A DNA stretch of 64,000 nt from Patescibacteria group bacterium (GCA_022574775.1 JACZRI010000002.1:74303-138302); one strand, 5' to 3'. Counted from the first letter of the stretch, positions 17,111 to 27,101 are shown. The notes: generated from the sequence alone by a model not told the origin. Numbers and translations: made by a program.

Positions 17111-18295
17111 TTAATCTCTGAAAATAGAGGGATTGATGCGGATTATTTTGTCGTCGTTAGGATTGAGATTTCCACGCCCGTCGGTGTTAGATGTGGTGAT
17201 GTAGAGATAGCCGTCAGGCCCCAGTACTACTGCTCGGATTCGGCCGAATTCCTGTCGAAAATGAGCTTTGATGAAAACTTTGTCTTCGTCAAGAATTTTC
17301 GCCTCGTAAAGAGATTCTCCGCGAAGACCGCCGAAGAATATAGAGCTATCCCAAAACGACGCGCCAGCCGGAGCCCAAGTTTCATTGGGACCCGATTGGA
17401 CAATTGGCGATATCATTTCTTTTTTTCTTTCGTTTCCCTGAATTACCGGCCAGCCATAGTTTTTGCCTTTTTCAATCAGGTTCAGTTCATCAAAACCAGA
17501 AAAGATACCGGATCGACCATGCTCGGTTGCCCAAAGTCGGCCTTCATCATCCCATGCAATTCCTTGCGAATTGCGATGGCCATAAGAATATACCTCATTA
17601 CCGAATGGATTGTCTGATGGAATTGAGCCATCGTCTTTGAGGCGAAGAATTTTACCGGCAAGGGAATTAATATCTTGAGCTACGTCTGAACTTCCAGCGT
17701 CTCCAGTAGTAATGTAAAGATAACCGTCGGGACCAAAAACGATGCGTCCGCCATCATGATGTGCCGCGCCAGGAATGTTGCTGATGATTATTGTTTTTTC
17801 TGAAAGACGGTTTCCTTCAAATCGGTAGCGTTCAACTCTGTTTTTGAGTCCGCTGCCGATGTTAGTGGTAAAATAAAGATAAAGCCAGCGGTTTTCTGAA
17901 AATTGAGGATGAAGCGCCATTCCCAAAAGACCGCCTTCTCCAACATGTTCAACGCCTTCAATGGTATAAGTTTGACCATCTTTGCCAATTCTCTTGAGAA
18001 TTCCGGGACGCTCGGTAACAAGCAAGTCTCCTTCTGGAAGAAAAACGATCTCCCAAGGGATTTGAAGATTGTCCGCAACAATTTCAATAGCGCTTTCTGG
18101 ACTTTCATTGACTTTTCTGAATTCTGTATCATTATCTACATCCACTTTCACGCCATCCTCGAGCAAAGTTTGTGTTGGTCTGTAGAACGATCTGAAAATC
18201 TGGTTGCGGTAAAGAATCGCGACTACAATCACTAAAAGGATTATTGTACCAAGAACAAAAGCTGTTTTGCCGAATTTCGTCATTAAATTTATCAT
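17111..18295 (-). CDS. PQQ-dependent sugar (glucose/sorbosone) dehydrogenase family protein
   Basis: TM anchor and beta-propeller motifs GLLGMALHPQF and HDGGRIVFGPDGYLYIT. Visibly higher GC than its neighbours. Confidence 0.85.
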   Translation of the reverse strand: MINLMTKFGKTAFVLGTIILLVIVVAILYRNQIFRSFYRPTQTLLEDGVKVDVDNDTEFRKVNESPESAIEIVADNLQIPWEIVFLPEGDLLVTERPGILKRIGKDGQTYTIEGVEHVGEGGLLGMALHPQFSENRWLYLYFTTNIGSGLKNRVERYRFEGNRLSEKTIIISNIPGAAHHDGGRIVFGPDGYLYITTGDAGSSDVAQDINSLAGKILRLKDDGSIPSDNPFGNEVYSYGHRNSQGIAWDDEGRLWATEHGRSGIFSGFDELNLIEKGKNYGWPVIQGNERKKEMISPIVQSGPNETWAPAGASFWDSSIFFGGLRGESLYEAKILDEDKVFIKAHFRQEFGRIRAVVLGPDGYLYITTSNTDGRGNLNPNDDKIIRINPSIFRD

Positions 18296-18421
18296 ATCAT
18301 ACCAGACAAATTACAACTAAACAAACTTGCCTTGAGTTCACTTGCGGTGGGTTTATCGCCCGTTCAATTCCATTCAGGACGATCTGTGTAAGGTTAAAGG
18401 ATCAAACTATAAGTATTTTAC

Positions 18422-18690
18422 CCTACCAAAAAACGCTCTCCTTCATAGAGTTGCGGCGGGTAAACCTTCTTGACGATTTGTAAGCTAGCTCCCCAGTTCA
18501 AAGCTTATTATAATTTTAGAAAACCTTGAATATATGTCTATGATGAAAGAAAAGCTGTTGGAAATTAAAAGGTTTCACAGAAGTCTAAAGTTATCTCCCA
18601 CAGTAGTAACTCGTTGAATACTATAATGTATTATAGAATTTGGCCTCTCCTGCGGGTATTGGACGACGTTAGAACCTCTCTTCAAGGTGT
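18422..18690. repeat. methyltransferase-array repeat module c4 (split by an insertion of about 150 nt)
   Basis: Terminator part plus GACGATTTGTAAGCTAGCTCCCC at 18422-18494. The remainder, CTCCTGCGGGTATTGGACGACGTTAGAACC, lies at 18648-18677. Confidence 0.6.
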
Positions 18691-18742
18691 TTTATGTCTT
18701 ATTTCGTCCTAAAACAAGCATCACCACCATATCTTAACAAAT

Positions 18743-19414
18743 TTATCCTTTTTTAATTGCTTCACAAAGATAAGAAATAGAGCTTAATTTAATAATTTTT
18801 ATATTTAACCCTGCTTTATTAAAAATCTTTTGTAATTTTCGTTTAGAAAATTGTTCCGTAATTATACCTTCCTCGGTAACAACTGTGCCGTCTTTACTGG
18901 TTTTCTCTAATTTCATTCCAGCTTTTTTATACTCTTTTAATCTTATTGGCAGTGCTTTTTCTGAATATACGCTAATGATTATTCTTCCACCCTTCTTAGT
19001 TACTCGTTGCATCTCTTTTAATATCTTAAGCTTATCCTCTCCAAAATCTCCAAATGTGTTCCCCATACAAATGGCATAGTCAAAAGTATTATTTTTAAAA
19101 TGCAGCCTTTGAGCTTCTTCAAGAAATACTTTTACATTCTTAAATTTTGATAAACTTTTCTTAATCTCTTTAAATAATCTCTTATTATTATCAATTCCTA
19201 TAATTTTTTTAGCAATATTTGCAATTGCTTTTATGTTTCTTCCTATCCCGCAACCTACATCTAAAACAATTGAGTCTTTTTTTATATTCTTTTGTAGATA
19301 TAAATTCTCTTTCTTAATCCAGCTTCTTATTGCTGGAGAGTGGCTTTTTACAACCTTCTTCCAGTATTTCAATATAGCTTCTTTTGATTCTAATTTTTGA
19401 TGGTTTTTATGCAT
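18743..19414 (-). CDS. class I SAM-dependent methyltransferase
   Basis: Motif I VLDVGCGIGRN and the post-I acidic residue pattern. Confidence 0.85.
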   Translation of the reverse strand: MHKNHQKLESKEAILKYWKKVVKSHSPAIRSWIKKENLYLQKNIKKDSIVLDVGCGIGRNIKAIANIAKKIIGIDNNKRLFKEIKKSLSKFKNVKVFLEEAQRLHFKNNTFDYAICMGNTFGDFGEDKLKILKEMQRVTKKGGRIIISVYSEKALPIRLKEYKKAGMKLEKTSKDGTVVTEEGIITEQFSKRKLQKIFNKAGLNIKIIKLSSISYLCEAIKKG

Positions 19415-19425
19415 TGTTTTATCTT

Positions 19426-19530
19426 ATCAAAAAACCGCCTGCTTGGCGATTTTCTGAAGCTAGCTCCCCCTACTGGACGCGTTCAGAACCATTGATTGGA
19501 AGAAAGTTAAAAGAGATTTGGAACCAATTA
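19426..19530. repeat. methyltransferase-array repeat module c1
   Basis: A-run/hairpin (CCGCC..GGCG) followed by the core AGCTAGCTCCCCCTACTGGACGCGTTCAGAACCATTGATTGG. Confidence 0.75.
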
Positions 19531-19586
19531 TGAGTATTTATCTGACTCCGTCTACAAGACGAAGTTAGAATTTATTTGGTAGGAAA

Positions 19587-20414
19587 TTACTTTTGACAAA
19601 CATACATAAAAAAGTCAGCTTCTGGATTATATCCTGGTTGATAATCACTATACTGCTCTATTTTTGAGAACCCAGCTTTTGTCAATAATTTCTGCATCTC
19701 ATCTCTCCTGAATGGATAAAGAATAAGATAACCTTTTTTACCTGTTGCCTCCTCGGTATACTGGAATTTCACATATTCATCAGTTATCTCAATTGGTCGT
19801 CCGTGAACTTTCTCACCACAGTAAACATATTTACCACTGTAATAAAAATTACCTTTAAGGATTTCTTTACGGTTATCCAGTATATACTGATAGTTTCGTT
19901 CATCAATAATAAGAATGCCGCCAGGACGGAGAATGGAACGAAATTGTTTTAGAACTGTTATCTGGTCAGACTGAATGAATAAATAAGTGAGTGAGTTCCC
20001 CAGACTCAAAACTGCATCAAAAGATTCTTTCTCAATCTCCTTATCAAGTTCTCTCCAATCAAGTTTTGTTACTTTGAGTTCAACTCCTTCTCTTTGAGTA
20101 TTTTGCAGACCTTTTTTAAGAAAAACTTTATCAATTTCATTGGCGGTTACATCAAAACCTTCTTTCTGAAGGAAAATAGCATCACAACCATCCCCAAATG
20201 AACTCTCAAAAACTTTATGACAATTATACTTCTTAAGTTGATTGACTAACCATCCATTCTCTCCTTTTCTCCTCTTACCCCAATCAATATAATCTCCCCA
20301 TATCTCGGTAAGAACTTTAGAGTTGTAATTCTCTGAAATAATACCTTTTATCTTGCGAAAAGGAAGAGTAACTCTACGCTTTCGAATGAAATCAGGAATT
20401 TTAAATCTTTTCAT
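19587..20414 (-). CDS. SAM-dependent methyltransferase, glycine/sarcosine N-methyltransferase-like
   Basis: The region LRPGGILIIDERNYQYILD resembles the GNMT/GSMT family. Substrate assignment is uncertain. Confidence 0.65.
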   Translation of the reverse strand: MKRFKIPDFIRKRRVTLPFRKIKGIISENYNSKVLTEIWGDYIDWGKRRKGENGWLVNQLKKYNCHKVFESSFGDGCDAIFLQKEGFDVTANEIDKVFLKKGLQNTQREGVELKVTKLDWRELDKEIEKESFDAVLSLGNSLTYLFIQSDQITVLKQFRSILRPGGILIIDERNYQYILDNRKEILKGNFYYSGKYVYCGEKVHGRPIEITDEYVKFQYTEEATGKKGYLILYPFRRDEMQKLLTKAGFSKIEQYSDYQPGYNPEADFFMYVCQK

Positions 20415-20530
20415 AAAATTTAATATATGAATTATAGTAAATATTTTACTTTAAAATTATCATTTTTCACTAAGAAAGTAAAGCAAAAAAAACTGTCCAG
20501 TGATTGGTTTTTTCTAATTTAACTTGGTAA

Positions 20531-20643
20531 AGCAAAAAACAGGACTTTTGGCCCTGCTTTTGCTGTCGAGCTCCCCCTATTGGACACGTTCAGAACCATT
20601 GATTGGGGTAAGATGAGAGAAGAATTGGAGGAATTAAGATTTG
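20531..20643. repeat. methyltransferase-array repeat module c2
   Basis: Core GAGCTCCCCCTATTGGACACGTTCAGAACCATTGATTGG preceded by an A-run/hairpin. Confidence 0.75.
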
Positions 20644-20654
20644 TTTTAGGATTT

Positions 20655-21335
20655 TTAAAAGGAGATATGAATTATAGCAAAATGTGGGGTTAAAAACTCA
20701 TTAACCACCTTTCCACCAAAATAGCTTTTTATTTCCTCTATCTCATCCGAAGTCCACCATTTTGATTGATAGCCAGTTTTGCTTCTAAATATACCTCTTT
20801 CAAAGTCTATATTCTCTAAATCTGGCTCTCCTGTCATTTCTTGAATTGCTGTATAGAATCTCATCCCATAATCTTTTAAAACTTCTTGACGTAATATTGA
20901 AATTATAACTTCACCCTGATATTTTTCAGCCACTGACTTTGTTTCGGAAAGCACCTTTTTGTAATCACCTTCTATTGTGCCAAGAGTATTTTGAATTATA
21001 AGTAAAACTGGATTTTTAACATCTCCTTTTTCTAATAATTTTGACAATCCTTGAATATCCCCTCCTATTGCTGTAGCGTTTTTATACATTTTTGTTCTTC
21101 TTTCAAGCTCTGCTATCATATCTGGGTTAATATCTATTGAGATAACATTTCTCGCAATCTTTACTAAATCTGGAAGGACTCTACCATATCCCGCTCCCAA
21201 ATCAATAAAGGTTTTATTCTTTGAATCTTTAACCTTACCTATTACATCCATTTCAGCTCTCTGCCAGGATTGAAAAACAGGGTCATCTATCTTTTCAACT
21301 AATTCTATATATTTTTCTGAGGTGTATTTTCTCAT
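20655..21335 (-). CDS. class I SAM-dependent methyltransferase
   Basis: Motif I FIDLGAGYGRV. No obvious similarity to the two neighbouring methyltransferases. Confidence 0.7.
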   Translation of the reverse strand: MRKYTSEKYIELVEKIDDPVFQSWQRAEMDVIGKVKDSKNKTFIDLGAGYGRVLPDLVKIARNVISIDINPDMIAELERRTKMYKNATAIGGDIQGLSKLLEKGDVKNPVLLIIQNTLGTIEGDYKKVLSETKSVAEKYQGEVIISILRQEVLKDYGMRFYTAIQEMTGEPDLENIDFERGIFRSKTGYQSKWWTSDEIEEIKSYFGGKVVNEFLTPHFAIIHISF

Positions 21336-21359
21336 ATGAGCCTTTAAAATAATTATATC

Positions 21360-21480
21360 AAAAAAAAGCCTGAGGCAACAACTCTCGGGCTGGAAATCGT
21401 AGCTCCCCCTATTGGACGCGTTCAGAACCTTAGATTGGAGGAAAATAAGAGAAGAATTGGAGATTTTCAGGATTAGGATA
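21360..21480. repeat. methyltransferase-array repeat module c3
   Basis: A-run plus hairpin AGCCTGAGG..CTCTCGGGCT, then the core TAGCTCCCCCTATTGGACGCGTTCAGAACCTTAGATTGG. Confidence 0.75.
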
Positions 21481-21496
21481 CCTATGACTGTTTAAA

Positions 21497-21529
21497 CAAA
21501 AAACCTCTGACTTCGTTGGAAGTAGAGGC
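21497..21529 (-). terminator. terminator of the 50-aa membrane sORF
   Basis: Minus strand reads CCTCT-ACTTC-CAAC-GAAGT-C-AGAGG followed by TTTTTTG. Confidence 0.6.
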
Positions 21530-21682
21530 TTATGGGTTATCTTCCCATCGTAACCACAGGAAAAGCATATATATCCCTATTAAACCAAAGAGGATTGCCC
21601 ACCCCGTATTCCCGTGAATAAAGTCAAAGATGGCAATACCAACTAAAAGAACTGCAAAAAATGGAAAAGTTCGCTTAACCAT
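21530..21682 (-). CDS. 50-aa two-TM membrane protein
   Basis: Own translation: MVKRTFPFFAVLLVGIAIFDFIHGNTGWAILFGLIGIYMLFLWLRWEDNP. AGGAGGGA-type SD-like sequence upstream and its own terminator. Below the ORF-track cutoff. Confidence 0.45.
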   Translation of the reverse strand: MVKRTFPFFAVLLVGIAIFDFIHGNTGWAILFGLIGIYMLFLWLRWEDNP

Positions 21683-21764
21683 GCTCTCCCTCCTTCCTTA
21701 TGTGAAATGAACTATACTTCTATCCAACCTTGCTACATCCTTAGTTTTTAGTCAAACAAAAAAC

Positions 21765-21826
21765 CGCCTTCTCCTCCATAGACGGACAAGTTGGCGGAGA
21801 CGATTGGTTGGTAATGTCCCACTTCG
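21765..21826. repeat. truncated repeat module abutting the histidine kinase stop
   Basis: AAAAAACCGCCTTCTCCTCCATAGAC...GACGATTGG aligns to the terminator half of module c4. Confidence 0.5.
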
Positions 21827-23176
21827 CTACTCTCTCTTCTCTGTGATAGAAAGAGTAATATAAAAAGTTGTTCCTTTGTTTTCTTCAGATTTAAATTTAA
21901 TTTCCCCTCCTGACTGGTTGATAATTACCCGAGCAATAAAGAGCCCAAGACCAGTTCCCAATTGCGACTTTTGTCTAGTATTTGAAGCACGATAAAAACG
22001 CTCGAAAATCATACCCCTCTCCTCTTTAGGTATCCCAATACCTTCATCTTTAATTACCACAACCAGCTGATTATCCTCCTTTTTAAAATCGATAGAAAGC
22101 GTACCACCCTGTTTATTATATTTTATTCCATTGCCTATGACATTTTGGAGTGCCTGTCTCATTTTCGACTCGTCGGTCAGGACAAAGATTTTTTCCTTGG
22201 GTTTGGTAAATTGAATAGTTACTTCATTAGCCTGGGCTAATGGCTCGAGGATATCAACTATATCTATAAGTAAATCGCAGATGTTTGTAGGCTTTTTCTC
22301 AAAAACAAATTTCCCCTGATCGATCTTGGAAAGATCTAAGAGATCTCGAACAAGTACATTCATACTTTCGGAAGTATCTCTGATGATCCTTGCTGTTTTT
22401 TTATTTTCTCCAGATATATTGCTTTCAAGTAAAAGCTCAGCGTGTCCTCTTATAACGGTAAGTGGAGCTTTAAGTTGGTGAGAGGCAATAGAGATCAACT
22501 GTTCACGGAACTGATCAGTAAGTCGTTCTTTTTTTACAATGCGGAATCCCAAAAAAATAATAAGCAGAATGCTTGTTATGCCTGAGAGTATAATAAATAG
22601 AATTGTTATCTGAACAGTGAATTGGGTTCGTGTGCGCTCGATCGCAAGTTGCTCTTTGGCAAAATCAATGCTCTTTTGAATTACGGGGAATATTTTCTCT
22701 TCTTCCAACGTCTTGAGTTGCTTCTTATGGGGCAATATTTCTTCAATAGAAAGACCCGTCCGCTTTCCCTCTACAATTGTTTCCACCAAAGAGATAACTG
22801 TGCGCTGATCTAGATCAAGCGCTGATGTACTTCTACCAAATTGATTTATGTGCTGATTGTATACAGCGATATTATCCTCAAAATGAGACCCGTACTCCAT
22901 AATACGAGAAATCTGCTTCTCAGCTATTTCAGTTGTAGGAAAATCAAGCACTAAAAAAGTTGTCATTTCAAGAAGTGTCAGAAAAAGCGCGCTACGGATA
23001 TCTTCAAGTATTACAATCTCTTGCGTAATATCACTCTCAACTCTTTCGAAGGAGTTCGATGTATTGAGCACACCCCAAATTCCAACTGAGCCGACGACAA
23101 AGATGAACAAAGCTGCGACAAAAAACCCAACAAGCAATCTTTTTTTATGTATTGTTTTTATAAGACTTGGTAGCAT
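21827..23176 (-). CDS. sensor histidine kinase
   Basis: Two TM segments, H-box SIASHQLKAPLT, and N/G boxes (GNGIKYN, GTGLGL). Confidence 0.9.
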   Translation of the reverse strand: MLPSLIKTIHKKRLLVGFFVAALFIFVVGSVGIWGVLNTSNSFERVESDITQEIVILEDIRSALFLTLLEMTTFLVLDFPTTEIAEKQISRIMEYGSHFEDNIAVYNQHINQFGRSTSALDLDQRTVISLVETIVEGKRTGLSIEEILPHKKQLKTLEEEKIFPVIQKSIDFAKEQLAIERTRTQFTVQITILFIILSGITSILLIIFLGFRIVKKERLTDQFREQLISIASHQLKAPLTVIRGHAELLLESNISGENKKTARIIRDTSESMNVLVRDLLDLSKIDQGKFVFEKKPTNICDLLIDIVDILEPLAQANEVTIQFTKPKEKIFVLTDESKMRQALQNVIGNGIKYNKQGGTLSIDFKKEDNQLVVVIKDEGIGIPKEERGMIFERFYRASNTRQKSQLGTGLGLFIARVIINQSGGEIKFKSEENKGTTFYITLSITEKRE

Positions 23177-23425
23177 TGGTATAGTGTTTTATTAAGTTCG
23201 AATTCTAAACTGCGGGTCGTTGAGTCTGTTATTTATCCTGAGTTTACCTGTAGTGAGTCTATCGAATCTATCGAAGGAGAATATGGATTCGAAAGAATCA
23301 GGATAATTATAGAGTGCCAAATCTTACTCCCCAAACATAGTTAAACATCAGAGTTATGTCTGCCTACGTTGTTACTTGTCAATACTGTCGGTAATTGAAA
23401 AGAAAAAGTTGATCCTTTCCCTTCC

Positions 23426-23701
23426 TCATATTTTACCCATATTTTTCCCATTCACACGGAGCCACAAATCAATAAACCGCAGTAGTGATCCAGATTTTCT
23501 GCCAACCTGACCCACAGCAAGAACAAAATAGACGCCATCTTCTAATATGGTAATGTCCCCTGGCTTTTTGAGATTGTGTCCGATACCATTAACGGCATCT
23601 TGAGTATCAAACTTTACCAGAGTTGGCTCTGTTGTAGTAGGCGTCTGATCTGTCGAATCAGAGAGTTGTACGTATATCGCACCCTTACCTGGATCTTCCA
23701 T
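23426..23701 (-). CDS. hypothetical 91-aa protein, possibly a truncated C1q/BclA-CTD-like beta domain
   Basis: Pattern GDITILEDGVYFVLAVGQ...IDLWLRVNGK resembles the first half of such domains and ends abruptly. Weak call. Confidence 0.35.
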   Translation of the reverse strand: MEDPGKGAIYVQLSDSTDQTPTTTEPTLVKFDTQDAVNGIGHNLKKPGDITILEDGVYFVLAVGQVGRKSGSLLRFIDLWLRVNGKNMGKI

Positions 23702-23818
23702 GGTAATGATTATGACATATTAATTAATACTCTCTAGTTTGTTATACCCTTTCCAGCGAAAATACTACAACCCCAAAAACCGCCATCTTGGAGATTGTTT
23801 GGCTACTATAGTAAGCAG

Positions 23819-23890
23819 CTCCGGGGGCAGGATTCGAACCTGCAACAAACGGCTTAACAGGCCGTCGTTCTACCATTGAACTACCCCGGA
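23819..23890 (-). tRNA. tRNA-Asn (GTT)
   Basis: Hand-folded cloverleaf: acceptor TCCGGGG/CCCCGGA, anticodon loop CTGTTAA, T-arm GCAGG-TTCGAAT-CCTGC. No encoded CCA. Confidence 0.9.
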
Positions 23891-24000
23891 ATGATTATTA
23901 AATAGCGCTTATTTTTTTATTATAATAATTTTTTTCGAAAATTTCAATCTTCCCCACTCGCCAATCACTAATCGCTAAACGCTATTCATTAAGCGCTAAT

Positions 24001-25203
24001 CTAGTATTCTTTCAACTTTTTCAATCCTTTGTGCTCCCTGATTTTTTCCAGAGACTTGGCCTCAATCTGCCTAATTCTTTCTCTGGTTACACCAAATTCA
24101 TTACCAACCTCTTCTAAAGTATGAGTTATTCCATCTTCCAAGCCAAACCTCATTTCTAAAATCTTTTGTTCTCTCGGAGCCAAGTCAACCAGAATCTCTT
24201 TCATTCTTTCTTTTAGTAAAGCTCTTGCTGCAACCAAAGAAGGCGACACTTCTTTTTTATCCTCAATAAATTCAGCTAGAACGCTGTCTTCATCGCTATC
24301 CCCGACTGGAGTTTCCAAAGATACGGTTTCCTGGGAAATTTTCATTATATGATGTACCTTACCAAGCTCAATGCCCATTTCAGCGGCAATCTCCTCTGGT
24401 AATGGATCCCTTCCCAAATCCTGCAGCAACCTTCTCCTTGCTTGACTGTATTTTGAAATAGTTTCCACCATATGGACTGGGATTCTGATAGTCCTTGCCT
24501 GATCAGCTAAAGCCCTCGTGACTGCTTGTCTAATCCACCATGTTGCATAAGTTGAAAATTTATATCCCCTCCGCCAGTCAAATTTTTCAACTGCCCGGAA
24601 AAGACCAAGGTTTCCTTCTTGAATTAAGTCGAGCAAAGTTAAATTTGGAGATCTTCCAACATACCTTTTTGCAATAGAAACCACTAATCTTAAGTTAGCC
24701 TGGGCTAAGGCTTTCTTCGCCTCCTCATCCCCTTTCTCGATTTTCTTTGATAATTCTTTCTCTTCAGCCGCAGTTAAAAAAGAAACTTTTCCAATTTCTC
24801 TTAAATACATCTGAATTGGATCAATTTTTTCATCTATGGTTCTGCGCGTAACAGCAGGAACTTCTTCCACATCAAGAAATTCTCTTACCTCCTTAAGCTT
24901 AATTCCCTTTCTCTCCAAAATATCATAAAGATTTTCCAAACCATCTATGTCTCTTTCTATTTCTGGAAATACTGATAAAATTTCAGAAAAAGTTAAAAAT
25001 CCCCTTTCTTCGCCTTTTTTAATTAATGGTTGAATCATTTCAGGGGTGACTATTTTTTTCTTAAAATGGGGCCGTTTTACGCTTTTCTTTTTCTTTATTT
25101 TTCTTTTCCGCTTCTTCTTGAGTTTTTTTTTCTGAACAATCTTCCTTGCTGTTTTTTTCTTCACTCGTTTTATCTTTTTTTTCGCTTTTTTGTTTTTTTT
25201 CAT
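24001..25203 (-). CDS. rpoD: RNA polymerase sigma factor RpoD (sigma-70)
   Basis: Regions 1.2-4 are recognisable ([50 protein letters not shown]). Lysine-rich N-terminus. Confidence 0.95.
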   Translation of the reverse strand: MKKNKKAKKKIKRVKKKTARKIVQKKKLKKKRKRKIKKKKSVKRPHFKKKIVTPEMIQPLIKKGEERGFLTFSEILSVFPEIERDIDGLENLYDILERKGIKLKEVREFLDVEEVPAVTRRTIDEKIDPIQMYLREIGKVSFLTAAEEKELSKKIEKGDEEAKKALAQANLRLVVSIAKRYVGRSPNLTLLDLIQEGNLGLFRAVEKFDWRRGYKFSTYATWWIRQAVTRALADQARTIRIPVHMVETISKYSQARRRLLQDLGRDPLPEEIAAEMGIELGKVHHIMKISQETVSLETPVGDSDEDSVLAEFIEDKKEVSPSLVAARALLKERMKEILVDLAPREQKILEMRFGLEDGITHTLEEVGNEFGVTRERIRQIEAKSLEKIREHKGLKKLKEY

Positions 25204-25214
25204 TTTGGGATAAC

Positions 25215-27005
25215 TTAATCACTATTAAACTGCTGAGAGAGCTGGTTAAACTCTTTAATAAGAATATTTGTTTTTCCGAAATCTTTTGCTTCTTCTGCTT
25301 TCTTTATTTCTTTGGTAAGAGATTCCAATTTATCTTTCGCTACCAAAGAACAAGTTTCTTTAACGCATAGTTCAATTTCTATTTCTGCGTCTTTTTCTTC
25401 TATCTTTTCGATTTCAGCCTTTAAAAAAAGATAATTCATAAATTCAGCGCCATCTGAAGAAAGTTCTTGTTTATTCGAAAAATGAGCGAAAACTTCTTGA
25501 ATTTTTTGAGAAAAATTAGGAAGAATCTCGCTGTTAATTACTTTTATCATTTGAGGATATTTTATTATCAAGAATGCGAGTCTTTCTTCCAAAAGCTCTT
25601 TGCGGGATTTCGGTTGAAGAACTATTTTTTCTTCTTCAACCTCACTTTCTCTTTTATCTAATTTCGTTTTTTTAAGTTCCTCGGCGATAATTTCTTCTTT
25701 AATTTCAAGCTTTTTTGAGAGTTCTTGTATCCAATAAGACTGTTCAATTTTATTTGGAATTATTTTTATTATAGGCAAGAGTAGTTTGGAGATTTCTTTC
25801 TTACCTTCTGGGTTCTGTTTGTTAAATCTTGAGAAGGCGGTTTCAAAATAAAACTCTAAAATTGATTTTGCTGTTGAAACTAATTTCCCCCAACTTTCTG
25901 AATTTTCAGATATGATATCTGCAGGGTCTGAACCTTTTTTCATTGTAATCACCTTAACATTAAAACCGCCTGCTTGGGCTAAGTCTATTCCCCTTCTCGT
26001 AGCAGTATCACCCGCTATATCCATATCAAAAGCAGTCAACATATTTTCTGAATACCTTTTCAGAATCTTTAACTGAGAAGTGGTTAAGGCGGTTCCTGAA
26101 GTAGCTATCACATTTTCAAAGCCAACCTGATGAGAAAGGATGACATCCAAGTAACCCTCAACCAAAATACAAAAATCTTTTTTTCTAATTTCCACTCTTG
26201 CCTTATCCAGACCGTACAGAACACTGCTTTTATCGTAAAGCAATGTGGATGGACTGTTTACATACTTTGCTTCATCCTGAGTATCTTCCAAAATTCTTCC
26301 TCCAAAACCAATTACCTGTGAACTTAAATCAAATATCGGAAAAATGATTCTTCCTCGGAAACGATCATAACTTGTAGAAACTGATTCATGCGAACCAGCT
26401 TCGCCCGCGGAGCGAGGCGAGTAACTACGCGGATCAACGCGGAAATTATTTCCTCCTTTTTTAATAGCTAACCCGGCTTTTATAATTTCTTCCTTCTGAT
26501 ATCCCCTATTCGCCAAAAAGTCAGAAAGTCCTTGCCAAGAATCAGGGGCATAACCCAACCGCCATTTTTTTATTGAATCTTCTGTTGTTCCTCTTTCAAG
26601 AAGATATTTTTTTACCGCACCTGCTGTTTTTCCTCCCTCCAACTGTCTCTCGAAAAACTGGCAAGCAAGCTCTATTACTTCATAAAGCCTCTGGCGTTCA
26701 GTCTCGAGTTTCGGATCTTGCCTCTTCAGCTCAACCCCCGCTTTTTGAGCTAAAATCCTCAGCGCATCACCAAACTCCACACCCTCAATTTGCATAACAA
26801 AGTTGAACAAATTACCACCGGCATTACATCCAAAACAATGCCATATCTGGCGGGCTGGCGAAACAAAAAAAGAAGGAGCTTTCTCTGAATGAAATGGGCA
26901 GATAGATCTAAAATTAACTCCCGCTTTTTGCAGCTTGATATAATTTTGGATTACTTCAACGATATCCAGACGATTTTTTATTTCCTCAATTGGGGAAGAG
27001 ATCAT
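25215..27005 (-). CDS. dnaG: DNA primase
   Basis: Zinc-ribbon [13 protein letters not shown]...[10 protein letters not shown] and a Toprim region ([18 protein letters not shown]). Confidence 0.95.
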   Translation of the reverse strand: MISSPIEEIKNRLDIVEVIQNYIKLQKAGVNFRSICPFHSEKAPSFFVSPARQIWHCFGCNAGGNLFNFVMQIEGVEFGDALRILAQKAGVELKRQDPKLETERQRLYEVIELACQFFERQLEGGKTAGAVKKYLLERGTTEDSIKKWRLGYAPDSWQGLSDFLANRGYQKEEIIKAGLAIKKGGNNFRVDPRSYSPRSAGEAGSHESVSTSYDRFRGRIIFPIFDLSSQVIGFGGRILEDTQDEAKYVNSPSTLLYDKSSVLYGLDKARVEIRKKDFCILVEGYLDVILSHQVGFENVIATSGTALTTSQLKILKRYSENMLTAFDMDIAGDTATRRGIDLAQAGGFNVKVITMKKGSDPADIISENSESWGKLVSTAKSILEFYFETAFSRFNKQNPEGKKEISKLLLPIIKIIPNKIEQSYWIQELSKKLEIKEEIIAEELKKTKLDKRESEVEEEKIVLQPKSRKELLEERLAFLIIKYPQMIKVINSEILPNFSQKIQEVFAHFSNKQELSSDGAEFMNYLFLKAEIEKIEEKDAEIEIELCVKETCSLVAKDKLESLTKEIKKAEEAKDFGKTNILIKEFNQLSQQFNSD

Positions 27006-27023
27006 AAACTTTATGTTGTAAAA

Positions 27024-27034
27024 TGTGATATAAT
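27024..27034 (+). promoter_or_regulatory. extended -10 promoter candidate for the glycosyltransferase block
   Basis: TGTGATATAAT (TGnTATAAT) about 68 nt upstream of the ATG at 27102. Confidence 0.4.
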
Positions 27035-27101
27035 AAGATTAACAAAATTTTGAGCAGAAATCAAATTAGCTTAATAGCACGCTCACAAACCGGACATTAA
27101 T

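Noticed and set aside
18422-21826. Classical integron cassette array with attC sites.
   Set aside because: I could not find the R''/L''-L'/R' imperfect palindrome or GTTRRRY core sites in the modules, and no intI-like recombinase or attI is in the window. The region is kept as a cassette-like finding but not called an integron.
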